64,000 nucleotides of DNA from the NCBI RefSeq assembly GCF_964204645.1, contig NC_134026.1, positions 20,556,150-20,620,149 on the forward strand. Reading direction: 5' to 3'. The position numbers and the translations under genes were made by a program. Positions 26,906 to 37,646 of this stretch are shown here, piece after piece (within the stretch, counting starts at the first letter, position 1; every line of letters begins with the position of its first letter). Below the pieces are notes generated by a model. It had not been told where the DNA came from and ran no database searches. It saw only the letters and a list, made by a program, of their open reading frames with translations. The stretch is from Tubulanus polymorphus. Its lineage: Eukaryota; Animalia; Nemertea.

Positions 26906-29900
26906 ATGGAGGCCGAAAAAGATTCACCGCAATCTCAACATGGAGATCACGTCCGGCTGAAACGGACAATGGGGTTAAGGAACGGAATAGGCCTTATTAT
27001 TGGCATCATAATCGGCAGCGGTATATTCGTCAGTCCGAAGGGCGTTTTGCAACATACGGGTTCAATTGGTGCGTCGCTGCTTCTATGGACATTCTGCGGA
27101 TTTATAGCGCTTTTAGGCTCATTCTCGTACGCCGAAATTGGCTCAGTCATCCCCGTGTCCGGTGGTCCGTATGTCTACACGCTACGCGCATTTGGAGATT
27201 TTCCGGCATTTATGATGATGTGGATGAATGTTGTCATTCGTGAACCCGTTAGCCTGGCTGTTATCGCTATCACTTGCGGTAATTATGTCATTGAGCCGTT
27301 TTTTCCGCTTTGCAATCAACAACCGGAGGCCGCTGTTAAGCTCATCGCCATCATCGTGATAAGTATGCTCATTTGATTTGGTCTTGAAACTTAGGAAATT
27401 AATACAACGATTATATTAGTTTTTACAGACTTGAAATTTACCAAAATCGGTATCCTACCTTCCGTTACTATTTTGATAGTCGTCTCAGCTAACACGCATA
27501 AGGGACATGCAATTGGCGATATATATGAAATTATGTTTAGGGGTTTACTTCTTTACGATTTAACCACTTCTAATAGATAACCAATTCCTCAAGCACATTA
27601 AAAAACTATCTTCAAAACTATCCGGGCTTGTGTTCATCAGAACGATTTAGTTTAATTGACAGAAAATTTCACGAATCAGATTTTATGAGAAAAATACGTA
27701 ACCTACTTAAACAAATTGCGGCAAGTTTCAGTACTTTTTCTAGAACTGGAGAATGTTTCCAGTAGAGTCCAGCCCAACACTCGACTGTCAGCGTTTCAAA
27801 AGTGAATTCCGAGTTCCTTTCTGCCGATTGAATTGTAGTGTTTTTAATACAGGTCAAGGCCTAGAGCTTATGTAGTATGTATCTTAGCGCGTCAATCGTG
27901 TGTCCCTTTTCATAAGCACTTCCATAGGCAACATCCAATTAATGTGCTCGTTAGTAAAATGGCCTTAATTATTTTCTTGCTTTGCATTTCAGTAGGGACA
28001 GCTGCATTAAACTGCGTAAGCATCAAATGGGCCACGCGGTTGCAGGATAGTTTGTCGTTCACGAAAATTATTGCATTAGCTGCCATTATAATTGCCGGTG
28101 TCGTCAAGTTAGTCATAGGTAATATTAATCGCTCTTCCTACTGCTCGTTTCCATTTCTAACAACGTATTTCTTTTAGACTATCAGGCGGGGAAAACATCT
28201 AAGTTCAACGAACCTTTCAAAGACACAGTCTACAACCCCGGAGAGTGGGCTCTAGGATTTTATGCAGGCATGTTTTCATATTCTGGATGGTGAGTGCCCT
28301 ACTGCAACGATGTCTGACATAACTGTTGAAATAAACCCCTGTGAAGCTGGCTACCGGTTCCCGGTTCCTTATCCTTAGCAGACATAGTTACGTAATTATG
28401 TTAACCTGCTGTCCGCAATAGAGTCGAATCGAATAAGTAGCCAGCTTCACATTTTGAATCGGGAGCCGAACCAGTAGCCGGCTACCGGTTCCCGGTTCCC
28501 GGTTCGGGTCCCGATTCAAAATGGTTTTGAACCGGGAACCGGGAACCAGTAGCCGGCTACCGGTTCCCGACTCCCGATTCAGCTCCCGGTTCAAAAGCAT
28601 TTTGAATCGGTAGCCGAACCAGTAGTCGGCTCCCGGTTCCCGATTCGGCTCCCGGTTCAAAATGTTTTTGAATCGGGAGCCGAATCGGGAACCGGGAACC
28701 GGGAGCCAGCTTCACAGGGGTTGAAAATAAATGAATCCAATGAGATCCAGAGAGATTTTTGACATGACCATGTATTTTCCAGGTGCAATCTGAACTATGT
28801 AGTGGAAGAAATAAAAAATCCTAACAGGTATTGTATTGACGGCATTGCATTTCCATTGAATGTATATGAAGCATACATTAGCATGATTGAATAGATCATG
28901 TACGAAAATAACCGAAGCCCCGAAGGCTACAGCGACCTGCTGTTCTATCATTGAATGTTTTGGTACAGAGTATATAAAGACTGGTATCTGGTCTGAACCT
29001 GCCATTTACAGGCCTTAAAACCCAACTTTCGCAAATGGTTTTGTTCACTTGTTCTAGGAATCTTACTTTGGCCATCGTCATATCCATATCGATGGTGACG
29101 TTCTTATACGTGATGACAAACTTGGCTTATTTCGCCGTGCTAGCGCCAGATGTGGTGTTGGAGTCAAATGCAGTAGCAGTGGTGAGAAAAAGTGAATATG
29201 CCTATTCAAATATTTAGCTTTGATCGATAATGCCGTTTTTACTATATGCAATGTTTAGCTGTGACGCACACGATGAAAAATAAGCGTTTTGCTTGGCGTT
29301 TCGCCGTTTCACAGTCAAATTGCCTTGGGCTTTAACAGTGCACTGCATCGATAACATATAATATATTACTTCATTTAAATGTATTAAACTAGACGTTTGG
29401 GAACAAGTTATTTGGTGTGATGTCGTGGTGTAATCCGTTGCTTGTAGCATTGTCGACGCTAGGCAGTTTGAACGGCAGTTCCATCGTAGCACCTAGGTAC
29501 GTGATTAGCGTATTACGATAAGAAATACCAAATTTGGGGAAAAGGACAAATGAAGGAAAAAGATGTCCAAACGACCGAACAATTCGTTCCAATATGTCTA
29601 TGTACTACTATAGCACCCTGAGATTTCCGCATTGCATGCACAGGGTAACTACGTTAAAAATCCTTAAATCGGCAACCAGGAACCAACGACGAGAAAACGT
29701 CGTTAAAACTTCAAACCGTAAATTTCACTTTATTTTCTTCGATATATCGAAGAGACGAGGCTGGACATCCAACCCGCTCAAAAGCTACAACTCGAATCTC
29801 TGATTTCTTTCAACAAATTTTCAACTAGGATACTATTCCATAAGACACCAAGGGTGGCAGAGACCAGAAGGCAGTTATCAAAACAATACAAACTGACTGA

Positions 29901-31093
29901 CACTTCAAGTACATTTCTAAAACACAAACAGTCCGACACTCCAAAACTGACTGACACCCTGCCCCCTTAGTAACATCAATAAAAATAAGACAATATTTGT
30001 AAAATAAGAAATAGAAATCATAAACTAGACCTAAAAATGCTCTGTTAATTTAGACTAAATTTAGTTAAATATCTACGCTGTTATACTACTCTCTATTCCA
30101 GGGTCATTTTCGTCGCGGCACGACAGGGCCATCTCCCGCACTGCCTGTCGTTAGTAAGCCTGAAATATGTAACGCCAATTACTGCATGTATATTTACAGT
30201 AGGTTTCAAATAAGATATATGTGAGAAAAATTGTGAATGAATGAAGCAAACTATACAGAAAGATGGAGTCCTTCTCCTGTGTCCATGTGTAATGAATATA
30301 GTGTGTGAACATATTCATTTACTTGTAGGGCCTTTTGACGGTTATTATAACGATTTGCAGTGTTGACCTCTATCAACTGATTTCGTACTTTTCCTTTTTG
30401 AATATGTTAATGCTAGTTGTTCCTGTGATAGGATTATTGTACCTGAGGTGGAAACACCCGGACATACCTCGCCCAGTCAAGGTTAGTAATTTGTGAAAAC
30501 AAGTGAATGAAGAATATGAATGATTAACATTTCAGCTCGTGACAACATTGCCTCGTGAAATCTTTGCGATGTAAAATAACTCAAAGCTTGACGAGAACTT
30601 CTTTAAACTGATATTAACGTATAATGTGAATAACACAATTTTATCTTTCTTTTTTATTACCCACAAATTCTTTTTACTTTCTGATTGCCTTACGTTGCAG
30701 GTGCACAGCATCATTCACTTGAGTTTCTTATTCGTTTCGGTAGTAACGCTGATTCTACCATTTTACGTCGATCCACTCGGCACGGTGTATGGAATACTGA
30801 TCGTTTTGACGGGATTACCTGCCTACTGGTTTGGAGTCACTTGGAAAAACAAACCAGCATTTGTACAGAAGTATATCCGTATGTACATTCTGTAGATCGA
30901 GGATCACATTCTCCTACATTTGTGTATAAAAGTGGGGTCAGGCTACGTCTCGTGATACTTCGAAAAGTTTCAGAGAACCCACCGTAATAACATAATAATA
31001 TTATTTTTCTATTGTGTAGATTACACTACAATCGGCCTTCAAAAGTTGCTCTTCGCTGCAAAGACAGATGATGTTGTAATCGAGACAGGCTGA
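26906..31093 (+). CDS. SLC7 transporter light chain, copy 4 (~489 aa)
   Basis: ATG 26906 (MEAEKDSP..), exon 1 ends 27362, all ten exons present in phase, TGA 31091-31093; two intronic insertions lengthen the gene. Confidence 0.92.
28336..28720. mobile_element. MITE with TIRs and internal ccggttcc/ggaaccgg repeats in SLC7 copy 4 intron 3
   Basis: cccctgtgaagctggct ... agccagcttcacagggg is a perfect 17-bp TIR; absent from paralogs. Confidence 0.85.
29610..30083. mobile_element. ~470-bp insertion in SLC7 copy 4 intron 6
   Basis: Flanked by tactact (29603-29609, 30084-30090); absent from paralogous introns. Confidence 0.6.
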
Positions 31094-31957
31094 AGTGGAT
31101 CCGGCTCCAGAATCGCGCGTGGCCGAGAGTCAGATTTTACTCTGGCAACTGCGTAGTCGGCTCCTGGACCTTCTTATCAAAAACCCAGCCAGAACAGGAC
31201 GAAAAGAAACGTGCAACTCAATTTTTAAATTCGAAAATGTAGTCCATAGTCTTACCTGCTGAAATTGTTTTCATGTAAATATAAACATTTTCAAAAAAAT
31301 AGTGAACATCTCGATTTTGTTTTGTTTTTCTGATGATGTGACAAAAACATTAAAAAAACAACTAACTCTTTAAGTTCAATTTGAATTTTGAATCTACCGT
31401 ATTTTCTTCTTGCCTGAAATTATCTACTACACAATACAAAAAGTATTTCCATGTTTGCTATTATTTGATAATTTTCATCGACAATAATTGGTGCGCTTCG
31501 AATAATTACGAAATTCTTTCATTTACTCTACTCAACGAAGATAATAGACAATGGGCAATTATCGGAGGTCAGAACATGATAACTCAGACGAAAAACGAAC
31601 AAACTAGGTGAATGACCTTTTTATATCTACGTATTTACGTACACTATTGACATCAGCCATTTTGAACTTTGAAATCGGGATGTCGAATGTTTTCTATGCC
31701 ACTCGTGTATGCAAATGCGTGATGCATTTTTAGCGTAACTGTATATAAAATTCGGAAGGCCTCGTTTTATTGAATTTACATACATCGAACACCTACCATT
31801 TTTTCTAACGTTTCTAGTATGTAACTCGCACAGAGGACATGATTTTGGAAGTATAAAGTAACATGACGTGTGTTATTCATGAAGATAGGGCTAGTCACCG
31901 GATGTCACCGGATACAACAACGAGTGACTCTCGTTCTATGCCATCAGGGTCCCTACA

Positions 31958-32417
31958 CAGTGGCGGATTTTGGGTTTAATTAAGGAGGGGGGCAGGTAAA
32001 GTTAGGGTACATTTTGACGAATAACGGTAATCAAAGCACACCGGAGGTGTGACGCACACAGGTGCGAAGCCCTTACGGGATACCTGGGGGCTCTCCCCTA
32101 GAAAATTTTCTAAATTTGATGCAATTTTTAAGCTATCCGGGCTTTTCTGGTGGCACCTGGGAGCCTTAGCGAATCCTGTTTCCTAGACATGTATTAAATA
32201 GCCAAAGATAAGAGTCGAAAAGGAAGAGTCATGGTCTAGCCCCCTCCATGAAAGTCATCAGAAAACACCAACTATATTTTAGAAACACCCCATTACGGAT
32301 GGTTGAGTTTTACGAAAAATTTTACTTAAATAAAAAGAAATTTGAAAATTTTTTTTTAGGGCACCTTGAAATTTTGAGGGGGAGCGCTCCCCCTGCTCCC
32401 CGTTGAATCCGCCCCTA
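31958..32417. mobile_element. hAT-like MITE between SLC7 copies 4 and 5
   Basis: TIR cagtggcggatt ... aatccgccccta; interrupts a segment that is contiguous at ~20020 and ~25940. Confidence 0.7.
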
Positions 32418-33853
32418 ACTACATATCACTGATTCCTGGATGGAGGTTCTCAAATTGCGAGGAGTCTGCATCACTTTCATATTGCCATTTACTGTAGACC
32501 CCTCCGAAATCGGTACTGTTTATCTTGGTGAACCATTGAAAATGAGCGCAAATCATCGCAACAATGGGGACCTCGAGGGACCGCCAAAAAATGGCGCCTA
32601 GAAGCTGGAAACTTCTTTATTCGGTGGTTTTGTAAGCGAATGTTTATCCTTCATCCTACCTAAACTCGATTTCAAATTGTAACCACCTAGCTTGATAAAA
32701 AGAAAGTCCAGGTCCCAACTGTACTTGATCATAAGGCGTAGGCTTGTACTACAAACTAGAGAAAAAAATCACAAATTGAAGGAATTTCAAGCACGTGTAA
32801 AAGCGTTTCCTGTGTTGAAGGATTTTTTTTTTACGGAATCAAGGTGTCGTAGGGCCCTGTATGTAAAAGAGGAAACGTACGTACTTCGAGGATAGTTTGA
32901 ATGACCTAGACATCAATTTTTTAGGTTATCAAAAAGTGTGGTTTTTATGCTTTACACTGGTACTTACTTTGCTAACGACATGTATACTGTCCTTAAAAGC
33001 GTGCAGGTTGATATGAGCCTTCAGCGTATATACATATATTCGTCGAAATTAGAACATATTGTTCTATTTGAGCGACTAGAATATCAGGCGAACTTCGGTT
33101 TTCGCAATTAGTCGACTAGTGGTTGGGGCTAACAATCGGAAGCACTAAAGTTTTGTGCGATTTTACTTCCGACAGTTTAAACCCAACAACCGCCGTTAAC
33201 CTATCAGCCGGATTGTCTGATTGGTTAATTAGTCAACATTTGTAGGGAAAATGTGTGCATAGCGATAGACGTTGTATAGAAATATTGTGGATGATGTTAT
33301 TTACTCGCTGCGTTGGGTAAGTAAGATGCAAATTGCCTTATGATTACTTTCTACAAGCCGTACAAGATTGCAGTATATATGGGTGGTCCGGTAGAGATCA
33401 TATTTTGCAGAATATTACTAGAACGAGAAGTCCCTCAATCTGAATTGTTTTGCATTGGAGAAATTAGAGGAATAGAAGATTTCCTTTATTCTAATACATT
33501 TGACAAACATGGCGAAAAGGCGCTTGCGCAGATGTGTAGTAATGTCATGATGTGTACACGCCTTTCATAGCTCCTTTGATGAGTGCATTTCGCCAGGAGC
33601 GCGGTTGGCTCAATTCCACGCCAAATTCGTATGAACTTTTACCTTCACTGTAAAGGTTCAAAAATCAAAAAAGGCCTCGTCAATTCATATCCTGACCGCG
33701 CGATTCAAAACCTGATATATTTCATGTGCCTGCATCAATTCGCTCTGTTTTAGCATCCTACGTATTGTTCCATAAAGATCTGGATAATAACCTGGTTGCC
33801 ACACTATTTTGAAATAACCAGCTTAGTCGAGTAATTCGAAAAATCGTTTTAGA

Positions 33854-36800
33854 ATGGAATCCGCTAAACATTCATCGCAATCTCAAGACGGGGGTGATGT
33901 CCGTCTGAAACGCACCATAGGATTGAGGAACGGCATAGGCCTTATTGTAGGCATGATAATCGGCAGCGGTATATTCGTCAGTCCGAAGGGCGTTTTGCAA
34001 CATACGGGTTCAATTGGTGCGTCGCTGCTTCTATGGACGTTCTGCGGATTTATAGCGCTTTTAGGCGCATTCTCGTACGCCGAAATTGGTTCGGTCATCC
34101 CCGTGTCCGGTGGTCCATATGTCTACACGTTACGCGCATTCGGGGAGTTTCCAGCGTTTATGATGATGTGGATGATGGTTGTCATTCGTGAATCCGTTAG
34201 CGTGGCTGTTGTCGCTATCGCATGCGGGAATTATATCATCGAACCGTTTTTTCCGCTTTGCGGTCAACAACCGGAGGCCGCTGTTAAGCTCATAGCCCTC
34301 ATCGTGATAAGTATGTTCATTGGTCTTGAAACTTAGGAAATTGTAATACATACATTGTACAACGAATCAGTTTTTATGAACATGAAATCTACCAGCAATA
34401 GCGGTGTCCTACCTTCCGTTGCCACTTTTAGTTAAATATTTATGCGCTGAAGGGACATTGACGTTATATCAAATCATGTTTTGGGATTTTACGGTTTTTA
34501 AGATTAACGACTTCTTACCGATAACCAATTTCCTCAAGTACATTAAGAAAACTTTCAATTCAGTAGTCCTGGTTTGTGTTCATCGGAACGATTTATTTCA
34601 ATTTACAGAAAATGTCATAGGCAACATCCAAATAATGTGCCCATCAGTAAAATGGCTTAAAAATGATTTTCGCGCTTTGCATTTCAGTCGGGACAGTTGC
34701 ATTAAACTGCGTTAGCGTCAAATGGGCCACGCGGTTGCAGGATAGTTTGTCGTTCACGAAGATTATTGCTTTAGCTGCCATCATAATCGCCGGTGTCGTC
34801 AAGTTAGTCATAGGTAAGTTAGGAATCACACTTCCCTTTCTGCCCGTTTCCATTTCTAACAACGAACAATTTCATTTAGACTTTCAGGTGGGGAGAACAT
34901 CTAAGTTCAGTGAACCTTTCAAAGGAACAAACTACAACCCCGGAGAGTGGGGTCTGGGATTCTATACGGGCATGTTTTCATATTCTGGATGGTGAGTGCC
35001 TTACTGCAACGACGTTTGACATAACTGTTGAAATAAATGAATTCATTGAGGTCCAGAGAGATTTTTCTAATGGCCATGTATGTTCCAGGTCCAGTCTTAA
35101 CTATGTAGTGGAAGAAATAAAAAATCCTAACAGGTATTGAATTGATAACATTACATTTACATTGAATATATGAAGCATATGAATGTGCATGATAGAAAAA
35201 ATCGTACGTATGGAAATATCTGAAGCCCCGAAGAAAACTAACTAGGCTAAGCAAACTGCGTGTCTATCACTTAGTGTATACATATATTTTTGGTATAGCG
35301 TAAGAACACCTGTATCTGGTCTGAACCTGTCATTTTGCCGGCCTTAAAACCCAACTTTCGCATACGATTTTGTTCAATTACTCTAGGAATCTTACTTTGG
35401 CCATCGTCATATCTATATCGATGGTTACATTCTTATACGTAATGACCAACTTGGCTTATTTCGTTGTGCTAGCGCCGGATGTGGTCTTGGAGTCAAATGC
35501 AGTAGCAGTGGTGAGAAAAAATGAATATGTCTATTCTAATATTTAGCTTTCATTGAAAAAATGTACCAAATACATTTTTCCTCGCAGAGAGGTTTTACTT
35601 TATGCAATGTATTGCTGTGACGCACATGAGGGTTTGACAAGGAAATTATCGTTTTGCTATGCAGCGCACTGCATCGAAAAAGGGTAATATGTTACTCCAT
35701 TATTGTATTAAACTAGACGTTTGGGAACAAGTTATTTGGTGTGATGTCGTGGTGTATACCGTTGCTTGTAGCACTGTCGACGCTGGGGAGCTTGAACGGC
35801 GGGTTCGTCGTAGCACCTAGGTACGAAACAAAAGTGATAAGCGTATTGGTTTAGACTGTACGATGAGAAATTACAAATTAGGGAACAAAATTCGTGGAAA
35901 AATGTACCAATGAGTAAGCGATTCGTTTTAACATCTCGTTGTTTATTTCATTCCAGGGTGATTTTCGTCGCAGCGCGACAGGGCCATCTCCCGCACTGCC
36001 TGGCATTAGTTAGCCTGAAATATGTTACCCCAATTACTGCATGTATATTTACAGTAGGTTTCTAATTAGAGGAGAGTCCTCCTGTGTCCAAGTGTAATGA
36101 CTATTGTGTAAATATATCTATTTACTTGCAGGGCCTTTTGACGGTTATTGTAGTGGTTTTCAGTGTCGACCTCTATAAACTGATTTCGTACTTTTCGTTT
36201 TTGAGTACGTTAATGCTAGTTGTTCCTGTGATAGGGTTATTGTACCTGAGGTGGAAACACCCAGATATACCTCGTCCAGTCAAGGTTTGTAATTTGTGAA
36301 AATTAGTAAATGTACAGTCCTACCTCTATAATATACCCGATGGAAAATGAAAAATCATCGTATCAACCGAATTTCGTATCAACCATTTGATAAAAACCAT
36401 TCGAAATTTCCTTAACATAACAACATACAACCCATAATGAAAGTTACCGCACGTGTGGTCAGTGCTCCCACACAATAGATAGCTCAGAAGACGCAAATAT
36501 TCATTTTGAAAATACGTATGTACGTAGTAGGAACTCATTGTGGACCATCGTACCAAGTGTGTTTATTTAGCATAGAGGGTGCTCGTTATTTTACATCGTG
36601 TACTACTTAGAATTTCGTATCAACGTGATGATTTATATAGGAAAATACTTTACGGAAAGCCGTTGTAAGCCGAATCGTAACGATGGGATTCGACTGTAGG
36701 ATACGAATGATTTAAAACTCAGCTCGTGACAACATTGCCTCATTAGATCTTTGCGATGAACAAATAGTGACGAGAACTCATACTGATATTAACGCATAAT

Positions 36801-37228
36801 GTGTAAAAAAAATATAATTCTATTTACTTTCTGATTGCTTTACGTTGCAGGTGCACATCATCGTTCACTTGAGTTTTTTATTCGTTTCGGTAATAACGCT
36901 GATTCTACCATTTTACGTCGATCCACTCGGCGTGGTGTATGGAATACTTATCGTAGTTTTGACGGGATTACCTGCCTACTGGTTTGGGGTCATTTGGAAA
37001 AACAAACCAGCAATTATACAGAAGTATATGCGTATGTGCAGTATATAAATCGAGAATGACCGTATTCACATGGGCCGCCGGGGCTATGGCGTCAGTGCAC
37101 TTCGACGACCCCAAACGATACAATGTTTACATATATTATTTTTCTTTTGTGTAGATTACATTACAATTGGCCTTCAAAAGTTGTTCTTTGCCGCAAAAAC
37201 AGAGGCTCTCGTAATTGAGACCGGCTGA
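33854..37228 (+). CDS. SLC7 transporter light chain, copy 5 (~490 aa)
   Basis: Exon 1 33854-34310, same ten-exon structure, one extra codon in exon 9 (GILIVVLTG), TGA 37226-37228, AATAAA 37430-37435. Confidence 0.94.
36315..36696. mobile_element. Tc1/mariner (pogo/Tigger-like) MITE in SLC7 copy 5 intron 8
   Basis: TA|cagtc ... gactg|TA termini; absent from paralogs. Confidence 0.7.
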
Positions 37229-37646
37229 TGATTGGCCGTGGCCGCCTGCGCCACCGCGAAACGTTCAACAGACCGTCTGCTAGCGCCACGCTTCAAAGCC
37301 GTAAAGCCGTCCTCTAACACTGATGTCCCGTACATTTGTTTCCGGGTTCTGGCTTTGCGGCATTGAACCTGTGTTTTATAGGAAATTACAGCCTTTAGAT
37401 TAGTTAACACATATAGATTTTACTCAAATAATAAATAAGAGATGTTTTGACAGCTACAACTGAGTTTTGTGAGTCGCTAGTTTTACGGCAAGACTTGTAA
37501 AAAAGTATGTCAGAAAACAGGTTTAAGACTATGACTATTATGTCTCTTCTGGCTTTTTGTGCTGGCCTAGCCCTAGGTACCGAGACTGCCTTTCTCACTT
37601 CTTAATCGATGTCGCATGCTATATATATCCTCCCTTCGAAAAGACT

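Noticed and set aside
28336-28720. Regular repeats here and at 56320-56540 as CRISPR-like arrays
   Set aside because: Eukaryotic context, no unique spacers, no cas genes; these are MITE internal repeats and a minisatellite.
29425-29440. Apparent frameshift in SLC7 copy 4 exon 6 (tgtaatccg)
   Set aside because: ata-to-aat is an Ile-to-Asn change; exon length and frame are unchanged.
37221-37270. CTGATGA...GAAACGTT overlapping the SLC7 copy 5 stop codon, hammerhead-like
   Set aside because: Three unpaired bases before a mismatched stem II and only 1 bp of stem I; CTGA is supplied by the shared GGC-TGA stop. Probably chance.
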